From an uncultured virus (IMG/VR IMGVR_UViG_3300038415_000352) (Duplodnaviria > Heunggongvirae > Uroviricota > Caudoviricetes): 64,000 nucleotides of DNA. The DNA is taken from IMG/VR virus record IMGVR_UViG_3300038415_000352; one strand, 5' to 3'. Made by a program: the position numbers and the translations under genes. The notes under the pieces were generated by a model that was not told the DNA's origin, did not search any database, and worked only from the letters and a program-made list of their open reading frames with translations. How positions within the stretch are numbered: the first letter of the stretch is position 1; each line of letters begins with the position of its first letter. This document shows positions 1 to 10,440 of the stretch, in pieces.

Positions 1-276
1 TGGCATTTCCGGAGATACGCGCCGTCGTTCCTTCGCGCCCTCTACCGGCTAAAGCTCGGGATACCGGATGTAATCTACGTTAAGCTAAGGAAGCCCTATC
101 GGGTCCTCGGCGAGGAGGAGACCGGGGAACGTAACTTTCTCGTCCTTCCCGTTCTCGCGGTCGCGGTTCTTTCGGGGGTCGCGCTCTATCTCGTTATCCG
201 GTTCTTCGAGACGCTGGTCGACGTTCCGAAGGGCGTCCGAAAGAAGCCGGTCGACGCGAAGGTAGGACTACGATGA
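1..276 (+). CDS. partial membrane protein (5' end outside window)
   Basis: Frame 1 open from base 1 to TGA at 274-276; one hydrophobic helix; ATGA overlap with next gene. Confidence 0.7.
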   Translation, partial: WHFRRYAPSFLRALYRLKLGIPDVIYVKLRKPYRVLGEEETGERNFLVLPVLAVAVLSGVALYLVIRFFETLVDVPKGVRKKPVDAKVGLR

Positions 277-698
277 GAGACCCGACGAAGAGGCTCGGTC
301 ACCGGCTCCGCCTCGCCGCGAGGACCTACCGTGGCGGGGTCTCGATATTCGTTCTCGCGGTCGGAGCGCTCCTTACTATCCTCGCGGTCGGAGCGTTTAC
401 CCCGCTCGCGCTCCTTCCCCCGTTCCCCCTCGTAAACTCAGCGACGGATACCTCGGTCTGGAACTTTAGTCTCGTCTTCGTAATCGTCGGGCCTATCGTA
501 ACGATAGTCGGGGCCTATATGGTCGGGGCCTATTTTACCGCCCGACGGAAGTTCGAGCACCTCCTTCGGACGAAGAGCAAAGCCGAGTTCCTCCGGAGTA
601 TCCCCGACCTCGAGGACCTCCTTTGGGACCTAACGCCGCGCGACGAGGCCCGGTACGACGAGAAGTGCCGGGAGCTTCACGTCCAGAGGCCGGTATGA
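273..698 (+). CDS. DUF3198-like membrane protein
   Basis: Two TM helices followed by KFEHLL..SKAEFLR.I..LE.L.W.L, recalled as typical of Thermoplasmata DUF3198. Confidence 0.65.
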   Translation: MRDPTKRLGHRLRLAARTYRGGVSIFVLAVGALLTILAVGAFTPLALLPPFPLVNSATDTSVWNFSLVFVIVGPIVTIVGAYMVGAYFTARRKFEHLLRTKSKAEFLRSIPDLEDLLWDLTPRDEARYDEKCRELHVQRPV

Positions 699-1033
699 CC
701 CCGAACCGGATTCGGGACCCGCCGTATAAGCCGGGAGTCGGTTACCTCTTCGCGAACCTAAAACCGAACGGCGAGTGGTACGAGTCGCGGGACCGGGGGA
801 CGGTAAAGAGCCTCTCGATGGCGAAGAGCTACGGGCAGTGGTATCCGCCCGGAACGAAGGTCCGGGTCTACGAGATAGACTCGCGCGCCGGGACGAAGCG
901 CGTCGTCTGGGAAACGGAGGTCCTCCCGCTCCCGTCCGGTATCTCGCCGAAGTCCTGCCTCTCGCTCGACGGGGAGAGGGTCTACTCGAACCCGGAGTTC
1001 GTCCGCGTCGAGCCGCCGAAGGGGGAGCCGTGA
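695..1033 (+). CDS. hypothetical protein
   Basis: ATG at 695 overlaps upstream stop; coupled to downstream GTGA. Confidence 0.65.
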   Translation: MTPNRIRDPPYKPGVGYLFANLKPNGEWYESRDRGTVKSLSMAKSYGQWYPPGTKVRVYEIDSRAGTKRVVWETEVLPLPSGISPKSCLSLDGERVYSNPEFVRVEPPKGEP

Positions 1034-2547
1034 GTAAGGAGTGCCCCCATCGGAACCTCGTCGCCCGCCTCCAAGCGCAGAAGAAGTTCGGCGAGCAGAA
1101 GGGCTACTGTAGCCAGCAGTGTAAAGGGTGGGTCGAGGTCTTCGTTCCCGAGCCGAAGCCGGTAGGGGCGGCCGAGCGATGACCCGCTACTGCCGGCTAT
1201 CCGAGCATAAGGGCGCGAAGGTTCCGGCGAAGGCGTACCTCGTTCGCGTTTACGACGAGGAGAAGCAGACCGAGCTTAGTACGGGCGTAAGGGTCGTACT
1301 CTGCGAGGAGCATTGGAACGACCTAAAGCGGACTATCCTTCTCGGATGGGGGGAACCGGCCCCGTGAGCGATTCTCGGCCCTGCGTGTTCGTTTCCCGGA
1401 CACGGACGCCGCAGGAAATCTGCGGCCAGCCCGAGGACGCCCTAATCCACTCGGACGAGCCGAGACAGCGGGTCGGCTACTTTAACTGCCACCGGTACCG
1501 ACCGCCGAAGGAGACGAAGGGACGATGAGTACTCCGCTCGTAACGAGGTTCCACGGCGCTCGGTTACAGGGGGTCCGTCTCGCGACCTCCCTCGGCGCGC
1601 TCCGCGAGTGCGGCTTCCGGGACTGCCGACATCTCGCCGCGGTCGAGCCGCTCTACGTAATCGTCTACGAGGGTATGCTTATCGCCGTCTGCGAGCGGTG
1701 CTACCGGACCCGCCTCCGTAGGGGGGCGACCGCCGAAGCCGCTCTCGAACTCTCGGAGACGGAGCCATGACTGACCCCGAGACCTCCTTCCTCCTCGCTA
1801 CGTGCGAGGGATGTGGTTGCGGCCGACCGAACCACTGGGGCTACATTGGTCCCTGCCGGAACTGCTTTCTCTGTAACGGGTTCTCCCCGCTTACCGACGA
1901 GGACCGAAAGCGCGCTGAGGAAATCGTCGAGCGGAACTTCCGCGCGACCTTCGATAGGCTTCGGAAGAGGATACCCGGGCTCCGTCTCGGGACGAGGATA
2001 TCATGACCGGCCCCGAGCGACGATGCGCCCAGTGCGGCGAGCCCGGCGAGTACCGCCTTCCGAACGCGCTCGACGTCTACGATGGGGACGGTTCGTGGGA
2101 GCATCTCCGCCCGACGGACCACCCTTTCTCCGTCGGCCCGCTCCCCGCGCTCGATAAGCCCTGTTACAAGTGCCAAGTCTGGACCCGAGGCTGGAAGACC
2201 GGGTCGACCCTGTACTCGAATATATCGGGGGACGTCGAGATACGCTACTGCCCGAAGCACCGGGGGAACGCCGAAGACCGCGAGCAGGTCGTCCGGGACT
2301 TCCTCCGGACGAACTCTCTAGGTACGGTTATGAGCCTCTGGGCCGACGAAGCGTGGAAGGTCCTCGCGAAGACGTTCCCGAAGGAGGCGGCGCGTTAATG
2401 CCGTGGTTCGTAAAGCTCGAGGAAAGCGTCCTCTGTTGTATCTGCGAACGGCTAATGCGAAAAGGAATCGTCGCGTCGACCGACGGGATACGGTTCTGGC
2501 ATCGGTTCGACTGCGTTCCCTCCTCGGCGAAGGTGGCCCCGCTCTAG
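1030..2547 (+). CDS. run of seven translationally coupled small Cys/His-rich (zinc-finger-like) ORFs: 1030-1182, 1179-1367, 1364-1528, 1525-1770, 1767-2006, 2003-2398, 2398-2547
   Basis: Consecutive ATGA/GTGA/TAATG overlaps with GGAG-type SD; CxxC motifs in most. Confidence 0.7.
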
Positions 2548-2564
2548 GTCCGGGGGAGGGTACG

Positions 2565-3296
2565 GTGGGATACGACCTCGCGAAGCATATTCGTTGGGGG
2601 CTCGAACGGTTCCTCCGTCCCGCGCTCCGTCCCTGTCTCGGAGAGATAGTCGAGTGGGGCGGAGTTCAGACGACCGACCGATACGAGTTCCTCGCGTCGC
2701 TCGGTATCCCGGAAGGAGCGGCTCGGTCCTACGATACCGAGCTTGAGACGGCGCTCAAGCAGAACCCGTATGTCCGGGTCGAGGGGCTTCCGTTCTCCGG
2801 TCGGTGGGCCGTAGCCCGGGGTGCGGCTTCGGTCCTCTACGCTATCGCCCGGAGCCGGCGGCCGACGTACGTACTCGAGACCGGGGTCGCGAACGGGTTC
2901 TCGTCCTACGCTATCCTCTCGGCCCTCGCGGCGAACGAGGTCGAGCATCCCGGGGACGGGGGTTTTCTAACGAGCTTCGACCCGGCGCCGGATACCGGCC
3001 GACTCGTTCCCGTCGAGCTTCGGAAAGGCCGTTGGGACCTCGTCCGCGGCGTCTTCGATACTCCCTCGCGGTTCGACCTCTTCTTCCACGATTCGCTACA
3101 TACCTACGCGAATATGCTCCGAGAGTACTGGCTCGCGTGGCCGGGACTACCGGACGGAGGGCTCCTCCTCTCCGACGACGTCGAGAGTAACTTCGCCTTC
3201 ATCGATTTCGCCCGCTCTGTTAGGGTCCGGCCGGCCACGCTCGTCTCGGCCCGTTCCGTCTTCGGGGTACTCGTTAAGCCGGCGGGAGGGCGATGA
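2565..3296 (+). CDS. class I SAM-dependent methyltransferase (Methyltransf_24-like)
   Basis: VLETGVANGFSS, FDLFFHDSLHTY, GGLLLSDD; GTG start after GGGAGG. Confidence 0.85.
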   Translation: MGYDLAKHIRWGLERFLRPALRPCLGEIVEWGGVQTTDRYEFLASLGIPEGAARSYDTELETALKQNPYVRVEGLPFSGRWAVARGAASVLYAIARSRRPTYVLETGVANGFSSYAILSALAANEVEHPGDGGFLTSFDPAPDTGRLVPVELRKGRWDLVRGVFDTPSRFDLFFHDSLHTYANMLREYWLAWPGLPDGGLLLSDDVESNFAFIDFARSVRVRPATLVSARSVFGVLVKPAGGR

Positions 3297-4225
3297 AGGT
3301 CGCGGTTATCGTTACCGCCTACGAGCGGGAGAAGTACCTCCCGGACGCCTTCTTCTCGCTCGCGGTACAGACCGATAAACCGGACGAGGTCGTTCTCGTT
3401 AAGACGCCGGGACGGGCCTCGACCGACCCGTACTATCGCGAACGGGCGACCCGGATTATCGAGGTTCCCGTCGGGACGACGGCGGGCGAGGCGTATCTCG
3501 CCGGGCTCGACGCGACGACGGCGGACGTAGTCTCGTTCCTCGACGACGACGATACGTTCGCGCCGGAGAAGGTCGCGCAGGTACGGGCGACCTTCTCGGA
3601 CCCGGACCTTATAGACCTGAATATCGTCGGCTATCGGCACCGGTACGTCGCGGTCGGAGAGGACCTCGCGACCCCGGTACCGGGTTGGGACCGGACGCAC
3701 CCGATATACTCCGGCCATCGTATCGTCGGCTTCGAAGCGAACGCCCGTTCCGACTACGCTTGGCTCGTCCGTCATTCGTACCTGAATAACTCGACCTACT
3801 CGCTCCGACGGGAAGTCCTCGAGCGGGTCCGGGGAATCCTACCGAAGCTCAACGCCTTCCACGACGCCTTCTTTCTCCTCTCCGCGGTCAGCGCCGGGAA
3901 CGTTCTCTTCTCGCCCGAGCCGCTATCGTACTACCGGTTCCATACGAACGTTACCCATTCCTCCGACGGCCGCGCTACCGGTTCGGACCTCGAGCGCTGG
4001 ATGTCGTTCGTCCCGTACCTCGAGCGTATCGGGCTCTCGCCGCTCGCTCGCTACTTACGGGATGATATGGCCGCGACGAATCCTATCGCCCTCGCCCGTT
4101 CGGGGGGACGGAAGCCGACCGCCACGGAGTGGAGGGCCTATCGCCGAATCGTTCTCCGCCGTCATCAGCCGTACCTCGTACGGGACGGGCTCCGAGCTTA
4201 CTGGCGCTCGCGGGGGAAGGGATGA
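3293..4225 (+). CDS. glycosyltransferase family 2
   Basis: VIVTAYERE.YL, FLDDDD, LSYYRFH. Confidence 0.9.
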   Translation: MKVAVIVTAYEREKYLPDAFFSLAVQTDKPDEVVLVKTPGRASTDPYYRERATRIIEVPVGTTAGEAYLAGLDATTADVVSFLDDDDTFAPEKVAQVRATFSDPDLIDLNIVGYRHRYVAVGEDLATPVPGWDRTHPIYSGHRIVGFEANARSDYAWLVRHSYLNNSTYSLRREVLERVRGILPKLNAFHDAFFLLSAVSAGNVLFSPEPLSYYRFHTNVTHSSDGRATGSDLERWMSFVPYLERIGLSPLARYLRDDMAATNPIALARSGGRKPTATEWRAYRRIVLRRHQPYLVRDGLRAYWRSRGKG

Positions 4226-5253
4226 AGGTCGTCCTAATCGGCGGGGGCGTTCAACCTATCCCCCCGACCGGGTACGGGGCGGTCGAGCGTATCCTCGCCG
4301 ATTTCCAAGCGGCGCTCGTCGCCGCGGGGCACGAAGCGACGGTCGTAAACCGCGTCCGGAAGAAGAGGATGCGGGACGAGTATCCGTTCGCCTTCGAGCT
4401 ACCGCGGCTTCTCCGTAAGCTCGACTACGACGTCCTCCACGCGAATACCCCGGTCGTCGCGAACCGTCTCGCCGGCAAGGGATACCCGTTCGTCTATACG
4501 TCGCACTCGAGGCATTGGTTCTACCGGGAGAAGCTAACGCACGATTGGGGCTACTATCTCGAACGGAGGGCCGTCCGGCGGGCGAGCGCCGTCGTAGCCC
4601 TTACGCCGACCCTCGCGAAGACGATGGCGAAGACCGTAAAGCCCCCGCTCCCTCCGGTAAGCGTGATTCCCTTCGGCGTCGACTCCGAGCGGTTCCGGCC
4701 CGTCCCGGAGCGCCGTACGGGGCGTTACGCGCTAGGGGTCGGGGTCGTACTTCCGCTAAAGCGGTGGCATCTCGCGGCGCGAGCGTTAAAGGGCCTCGGG
4801 ATACACCTCCGTATCGCCGGGCCGATGCCCTCGACCCACTACGCGTACGAGGTCCTACGGGCCGGCGGGGAGGACGTCTCCCTCCTCGGGGAGATACCGA
4901 AGGACTATCTTCTTCGCCTCTACGCCGAGAGTGACTTCCTTATCCACCCGAGCGCGGTCGAGATACTCTCGGCGACCGTCCTCGAGGCGCTCGCCTCGGG
5001 CCTCCCGGTCATCGGGGGGTCGGCGGTCGATTGGGTCGTCGAGAACGATAAGACCGGCTGGTCGCTCTACGACGGCGACGAACTGGTCTTCGTCGAGAAG
5101 ATGCGAGAGAAGGCGTCGATGCTCCTCGCGGACGATTTCCTTCGGCGTTCGATGGGAGCGCAGGCGCGTACCGAGGCGCGCCGCCGGTTCGCTTGGCCAA
5201 AGGTCGTCGCGGAGCATCTCGCGGTCTACGAACGTCTCCGGGAGGCGGGGTAA
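4222..5253 (+). CDS. glycosyltransferase family 4
   Basis: IPP.GYGAVER, VIPFGVD, E....TVLEALASGLPVI. Confidence 0.9.
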   Translation: MKVVLIGGGVQPIPPTGYGAVERILADFQAALVAAGHEATVVNRVRKKRMRDEYPFAFELPRLLRKLDYDVLHANTPVVANRLAGKGYPFVYTSHSRHWFYREKLTHDWGYYLERRAVRRASAVVALTPTLAKTMAKTVKPPLPPVSVIPFGVDSERFRPVPERRTGRYALGVGVVLPLKRWHLAARALKGLGIHLRIAGPMPSTHYAYEVLRAGGEDVSLLGEIPKDYLLRLYAESDFLIHPSAVEILSATVLEALASGLPVIGGSAVDWVVENDKTGWSLYDGDELVFVEKMREKASMLLADDFLRRSMGAQARTEARRRFAWPKVVAEHLAVYERLREAG

Positions 5254-5354
5254 TGGACTGGTGGGCCCTTCCGATTATCGCTATACCCGCGGCGGTAGCG
5301 CTCTTCCTAATCTACTGGGCGATTCGCCGGGAGGTCCGTTCGTGGGGGCCTTAA
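5253..5354 (+). CDS. 33-aa single-TM membrane peptide
   Basis: TAATG overlap; MDWWALPIIAIPAAVALFLIYWAIRRE... Confidence 0.55.
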   Translation: MDWWALPIIAIPAAVALFLIYWAIRREVRSWGP

Positions 5355-6478
5355 GGTTCGTTATCGCGACGCCGACGTTCCCGACCGACCTCTACCTTCC
5401 CGAGCGGTTCCTCGCGATGGGCCTCCGCGACCTCGGGTACGGGGTAACGGTCCTTACGACGGACCAAGCCGTTCGTACGTCCGTCGGGTCGGCGGTCCGT
5501 TCGACCGAGGCCGACGGTATCGAGATTATCCGGCTCCACGCTTGGAAACCGTATCGGGAGCCGCTTCTCGCCCGGGGCCTTCTTAACCCGACGAGACCCG
5601 AGAAGTGGGACTTCGGTATTATCGCGGAGGATTGGAGGCCGTTAAGCCGGGCGTTCGGTACGGCTTTCCGGCTCTGGGGAATCCCCTTCGAGGTTACCTC
5701 GGAACGCGCCGGGTACTTTGCCGGTCCTATCCGGTCGGTCCTCCATAAGCTCGGCGACCGGACGGGGAACGCCGACCTTTGGGACGATTCGGTAGCGGTA
5801 ACCTGCCACTCGACCGCGTCGGTCGAGTTCCATCGGCGTATCGGAGTGCCGGAAAGTAAACTTGCTTACATTCCGGCTTGCGTGGATACCCGCCTATTTC
5901 GTCCCCCGGAGCGTCCTCCGCCTCCGACCGGTCCCGTACGTATCCTCTCGGTCGGGCGGTTCGAGCCGCAGAAGGGACAGGAACCCCTCCTCCGGGCGTT
6001 CGCGGGGATAAAGGGGGCGGAGCTAACCCTGAAGGGCCGGGGGCCGTTGTACGAGCGGCTTAGGGCCGTAGCGAACGAATTAGGCCTAGGTTCTCGGGTC
6101 GTCTTCGACGGTTCGGTCGTCCCCGAGGAGGAGCTACCCGCGTACTACGGACGGTTCGATATCTACGTCCAGCCGAGCCTCGACGAGCCGTTCGGGATGG
6201 CGGCGGTCGAGGCGATGGCCTGCGGGCTTCCGGTCGTAGCGACCGATGCGGGCGGTCTCGCCGACTCCGTTATTCCGGGCGTTAGCGGGTTCCGCGTCCC
6301 GCTAAAGGACGGGGCGGTCGACGTCGGCGAGTTCTCTCGTCGGCTAGGGGACCTCGTCCACTACGGGGTCGAGCAGAGGCATATCGGCGCCGCGGCGCGA
6401 TGGCTCGCCGTCGAGAAGTTCGATAGCCGGGTCGTCGCGGCGAGGCACGTCGAGATAGCGAGGAAAGGGGGGATATGA
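5342..6478 (+). CDS. glycosyltransferase family 4
   Basis: VGRFEPQKG, EPFGMAAVEAMACGLPVV; GTG start after GGAGGT. Confidence 0.9.
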   Translation: MGALRFVIATPTFPTDLYLPERFLAMGLRDLGYGVTVLTTDQAVRTSVGSAVRSTEADGIEIIRLHAWKPYREPLLARGLLNPTRPEKWDFGIIAEDWRPLSRAFGTAFRLWGIPFEVTSERAGYFAGPIRSVLHKLGDRTGNADLWDDSVAVTCHSTASVEFHRRIGVPESKLAYIPACVDTRLFRPPERPPPPTGPVRILSVGRFEPQKGQEPLLRAFAGIKGAELTLKGRGPLYERLRAVANELGLGSRVVFDGSVVPEEELPAYYGRFDIYVQPSLDEPFGMAAVEAMACGLPVVATDAGGLADSVIPGVSGFRVPLKDGAVDVGEFSRRLGDLVHYGVEQRHIGAAARWLAVEKFDSRVVAARHVEIARKGGI

Positions 6479-7437
6479 ACGAACCGATAGGGATTACCGG
6501 CGGGTGCGGGTATATCGGCGGGCTTCTCGTTCGGCGGCTCTCGGCGCTTAGGAGTCGGGTCATCGTAGTCGATAACCATACGGGCCCCGTTCGGGCCTGC
6601 GCGGGCTTCCTCGGGGACGACCATCCGTCCGTAGATATTCGGAACGGGGACCTCGAGCGTATCCTCCGACCCTGCGGCCTTATCGTACATCTCGCGGCGG
6701 TCTCCGGCATCGAACGGGTCGCGAAGGACCGAGGGGCGGCGCTCGCGACGAACGTCGACTCGACGCGGCGTATCGCTACGCTCGCGAAGGAAATCGGTAT
6801 CCCGGTCCTCTTCGCGAGTTCGTTCGCGGTCGTCGGCCCGACGAACGGGCTTACCGTAACCGAGCGTACCGAGCCCCGCCCGGTCTCGCCGTACGCCGAG
6901 CAGAAGCTCCTCGGCGAGACGATACTCCGGGAGACGCTCGGGCGCGGCGGCCCCGGGGGAGCTATCCTCCGGATGACGAACGTCTTTGGCCGGTACCTCG
7001 CGAACGGGCAGGAGGCCGGCCTGCCCCGTTGGGTCGCGAAGGGGACGCTCGTCGATAAGTTCTACGACCTCGCCGGGTCCGGGATGAACCTTCCGGTCTA
7101 CGGTACGGGCGAGCAGGTCCGGAACTACCTCTATATCGGCGACGCGGTCGAGCTATGGCTCCGCGCGATTCGGAAGGCGGAACGGAAGGACGGGATATCG
7201 ACCGTCCCGACGTATATCCTCGCCGGCCCGCAGAACCTCTCGGTGAACGCCGTAGCGAAGGTAGTCCTCGAGGCGACGGAGTCGACCTCTAACCTCTTCC
7301 CGACGGGGAACCCGAGGGTCGGCGAGGTCGCCGAGACCTCTCTTTCGATAGACGATTCGTTTACGACCGGGGTCCTCGGGACCGAGGCGAAGACGACGGT
7401 AAGGGAGTACCTTAGCGGTCTCTCGGGCCCGCGATAG
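6475..7437 (+). CDS. NAD-dependent sugar epimerase/dehydratase
   Basis: TGGCGYIG, VHLAAVS, YAEQK (YxxxK), RNYLYIGD. Confidence 0.9.
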   Translation: MNEPIGITGGCGYIGGLLVRRLSALRSRVIVVDNHTGPVRACAGFLGDDHPSVDIRNGDLERILRPCGLIVHLAAVSGIERVAKDRGAALATNVDSTRRIATLAKEIGIPVLFASSFAVVGPTNGLTVTERTEPRPVSPYAEQKLLGETILRETLGRGGPGGAILRMTNVFGRYLANGQEAGLPRWVAKGTLVDKFYDLAGSGMNLPVYGTGEQVRNYLYIGDAVELWLRAIRKAERKDGISTVPTYILAGPQNLSVNAVAKVVLEATESTSNLFPTGNPRVGEVAETSLSIDDSFTTGVLGTEAKTTVREYLSGLSGPR

Positions 7438-8587
7438 CGGCCGAGTAGATTCCGAAGAGCCGCTCGACGTGCTTCTCGGTCGAGAACTCCTCCCGGACCC
7501 ACTCGCGTCCTTCGAGGGCGAGGGCCCGTTCGTCGTTATAGGAGCCGGCGACGACCGTAAGCGCCGAGGCGAGCGACTCGGGGTTCCCGGGCGGTACGAC
7601 CGTACCGAACTTCCCGACCGTCTCGGGGAGCCCGCCGGCATCCGTTACGATGGTCGGGACCCCGTAGCCGAGCGCCTCGATAGGCGAGTTACCGAGATTC
7701 TCCCACGGGAGCGAGGGGACGGCGAGGACGTGGATTCCCGAGAACCATTCCCGCCGGTCCGTAACCCACCCGTCGAGGGTTACGTTCTCGGTCGGGGGAA
7801 TCGGGAACGGACCGGAGCCGGCGAGCCGTAACCGGGCGCTCGGGAGCGTCTTCCGAAGAAGGGCGAAGGCGTCGAGAAGGACGCCGATACCCTTCTGCCT
7901 CTCGAGCCGACCAAGATAGCCGACGGTAAACGGGGTCGTCGCCGGAGGGGCGGGCGAGTCCGGAACCGGGACCATCGGTCGGAGGAGGGTCGTCGGGCGG
8001 TACCCGAGGTCGTCGAAGACCTTCCGGGTCGCTTCGCTAACGCAGATATACGAGCGGACGCGGGGCTTGATACAGGTATCGAAGGCCATTCGCTTGAGGA
8101 GCTGGAGCGCGAGACCCCGACCGACCGGGCAACCGGTCGTAGCGCAACGGTCTAAGATACCGCCCGGGCAGGACGTTCCGTCCGGGAGCGTTAGCGTAGC
8201 GACGGGGCAGACTAGCTCGGTATCGTGGGCCGTAAAGACGACCGGCTCCTTCCGTCTCGCTATCCACGGGGCGAGGTCGAGGAAGCTATGCCGGAGATGA
8301 TGTAGATGGATAACGTCGGGCCGGACCTCCCCGGCGAGCGACTCGAGCCATTCCTCGAGGCCGCGAGTACCGTAGCCGAGACGGGCCTTTAGCGCGCGGA
8401 TTCGTTCCGACGGGGAGAGGAGGAACGTCCGCATCGGGCCGAGGCTCGGAGGGGGAGGCGCGGTCACGATAGACGCTACGACGTCCGTATGCCCTCGGGC
8501 GTTAAGCGTCGCCGAAAGCCGCTGGATATAGGTCTCGGCTCCGCCGTACGTCGGTCCTTCCCAACCGTTAATCCGGAGTATCCTCAT
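7412..8587 (-). CDS. glycosyltransferase family 4
   Basis: GGAETY, GRLERQKG, ENLGNSPIEALGYG. Confidence 0.9.
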   Translation of the reverse strand: MRILRINGWEGPTYGGAETYIQRLSATLNARGHTDVVASIVTAPPPPSLGPMRTFLLSPSERIRALKARLGYGTRGLEEWLESLAGEVRPDVIHLHHLRHSFLDLAPWIARRKEPVVFTAHDTELVCPVATLTLPDGTSCPGGILDRCATTGCPVGRGLALQLLKRMAFDTCIKPRVRSYICVSEATRKVFDDLGYRPTTLLRPMVPVPDSPAPPATTPFTVGYLGRLERQKGIGVLLDAFALLRKTLPSARLRLAGSGPFPIPPTENVTLDGWVTDRREWFSGIHVLAVPSLPWENLGNSPIEALGYGVPTIVTDAGGLPETVGKFGTVVPPGNPESLASALTVVAGSYNDERALALEGREWVREEFSTEKHVERLFGIYSAAIAGPRDR

Positions 8588-9696
8588 CGCTCTTTCCGAA
8601 TCGATTCGTAAAGCGCGACGTGACGGTCGACCATCTTCTCGGCCGTCCAGTTCGTAACGGCCTTCCTACCGGTCCCCGGGGTATACCAGCTCGGGATATC
8701 GCCGAGCGCGCGGGCCATCTCCTCGGGGGTAGCGACGACCCGACCGGCCCCGGTCGCCGCTAGCTCCCGGGCGGCTCCGGAGTCGAACGCTACGAAGGGG
8801 AGGTCGGCGGCCATCGCCTCGAGGAGGGTAATCCCGAAGCCCTCGAAGGCGCTTCCCTGAACGTAGGCGTCGGCGGCGTGGAAGATATCGAGGAGCGCGC
8901 TCCGGCTTAGTTCGCGGAGGAATACCGCTCGGGTCCCGAGGGACCGGGTAAGGGCGAGGCAGTGCTCTCGGTCGTACGGGTGCCCCGGACGGTCGTTACC
9001 GATTTCGACGAGCCCCCACTCGCCGTTCGTTCGGGCGATAGCTTCGATAAGCCGGTCGACCCGCTTGTTATCCCAGAACCCGCCGACGTAGACGGCGACC
9101 TTCTTCGTTCGGAGGCCGAGCCATTCCCGCGTAATCTTCGTGTCGAGGTACGGCGGCGTATCGAACTCCTCGACCTCGATACCGTTCGGGATTACCGAGA
9201 GTCGTTCGGGAGGGTACCGCCAGCTAAGGACGTGGTTCGCCTCGCCGGCCGTTAGCGCGACGTACCGGTCGAACTTTCGGATACGCCGCGAGAAGTACTG
9301 GTTATAGTAGAGGTAGCGGACGGGGCCCGAGCGCATCCAGTAGTGGTAGAACCCATGGGGCGTAATGACCTGCGGCCAGTCGAACGAGCCCGCGAAGGGG
9401 AGGTAGTAGTCGACGTTCCAGATTCGGTTCCCGTGAACGTGGAAGACGTCGGCGTCGAGGGTCCGTAGCGTCCGGAGGTATCCCTTCGGGAGCCGGTACC
9501 CGGCGAGATGCCGCATCGGGATTCGGAGTACGCGGACGCCTCCGATAGATTCCTCGGTAGGGCACCCGGTCTTCTCCCGGGTTACGACCGTTACCTCGTT
9601 CCCCCGTTTCGCTACGCCCTCGGCGAGGAGCTGAACGACCCGTACGCTTCCCCCGACCGAGGGGAGGTAGTCGAGGACGGCGATAGCTACCTTCAC
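8584..9696 (-). CDS. glycosyltransferase family 4
   Basis: YLPSVGG, VIPNGI, EGFGITLLEAMAA; GTG start at 9696. Confidence 0.9.
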   Translation of the reverse strand: MKVAIAVLDYLPSVGGSVRVVQLLAEGVAKRGNEVTVVTREKTGCPTEESIGGVRVLRIPMRHLAGYRLPKGYLRTLRTLDADVFHVHGNRIWNVDYYLPFAGSFDWPQVITPHGFYHYWMRSGPVRYLYYNQYFSRRIRKFDRYVALTAGEANHVLSWRYPPERLSVIPNGIEVEEFDTPPYLDTKITREWLGLRTKKVAVYVGGFWDNKRVDRLIEAIARTNGEWGLVEIGNDRPGHPYDREHCLALTRSLGTRAVFLRELSRSALLDIFHAADAYVQGSAFEGFGITLLEAMAADLPFVAFDSGAARELAATGAGRVVATPEEMARALGDIPSWYTPGTGRKAVTNWTAEKMVDRHVALYESIRKER

Positions 9697-9848
9697 GGGT
9701 AGTCGTCCCACGGCCAGTCGCCGCTCTGCATCTGTTCGTAGACGTAGCGGTCTAGGTCCTCGAGCCACCAGACGACGAGGAAGAAGACGCCGACGACGAA
9801 GCCGGCTACGGCGGCGATAATCAGGAGCAGAAGGAGAAGGTCGCTCAA
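9693..9848 (-). CDS. small single-TM membrane protein
   Basis: TTG start, hydrophobic LLLLLLIIAAVAGFVVGVFFLVVWW, GTGA overlap with GT4. Confidence 0.5.
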   Translation of the reverse strand: MSDLLLLLLIIAAVAGFVVGVFFLVVWWLEDLDRYVYEQMQSGDWPWDDYP

Positions 9849-9902
9849 CCCCGCTCTCCCGGTTCGTCCGCGAGGAGGAAACGCATCGAAGGCTAACGGC
9901 GT

Positions 9903-9985
9903 CCTAGTATATTTAATAGAATACTAGGCTCCGCCGGGCCGAGTCGCGGTCGGCCGGCCCTAGGCGTAACTTTACTTATACTAGG
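9903..9985. promoter_or_regulatory. divergent promoter region with three ATACTAGG motifs
   Basis: Motifs at 9903-9912 (-), 9919-9928 (+) and 9976-9985 (+) between divergent operons. Confidence 0.7.
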
Positions 9986-10002
9986 ACGGTAATCGGGGGA
10001 CG

Positions 10003-10095
10003 ATGACGGACGAACCGTGGTTCCTTATCCTCTTCGGGTTCGTGCTCGGCGTCGCCGGAACGCTCGCGGTCCTCGTAGCCTTTAGGCTCGTCTGA
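10003..10095 (+). CDS. 30-aa single-TM peptide
   Basis: ATG 17 nt after TTATACTAGG; hydrophobic; TGATG overlap. Confidence 0.55.
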   Translation: MTDEPWFLILFGFVLGVAGTLAVLVAFRLV

Positions 10096-10292
10096 TGCCC
10101 GAGCCCGCGAAGGTAAAGCGTTACCTTCATCTCTGCCCGATTCACGGTTGGGAACTATGCGGGACGTCTGACTCGCTAATCGACCCGTTCGACCCGAACG
10201 CGGACCACGGTTGTTCGATGTGGCGGGACGCGCCGCCCCCTCCGTTTAAGGCGAAGGTCCGGGAGGAGCCTATCGATGCCGCAACCGCTTAA
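10095..10292 (+). CDS. small Cys/His protein
   Basis: Coupled ORF with CPIHG motif. Confidence 0.55.
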   Translation: MPEPAKVKRYLHLCPIHGWELCGTSDSLIDPFDPNADHGCSMWRDAPPPPFKAKVREEPIDAATA

Positions 10293-10440
10293 GGACGCCT
10301 CGGAGAAGAAGAGCAAGTCGATTACCGTCTACCTCGTCCCGGCGAGCTACGAGAAGCTAAAGACGAGGGCTCGGGCGCAGAGCCGCTCGATGACCGGGCT
10401 CGCCGCGCTCTATATCGAAGAGAAGCTCGATGAGGCGTAG
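10276..10440 (+). CDS. ribbon-helix-helix (CopG/Arc-like) DNA-binding protein
   Basis: SITVYL...YEKLK.RA....RSMTGLAALYIEEKL; not in supplied ORF track. Confidence 0.7.
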   Translation: MPQPLKDASEKKSKSITVYLVPASYEKLKTRARAQSRSMTGLAALYIEEKLDEA

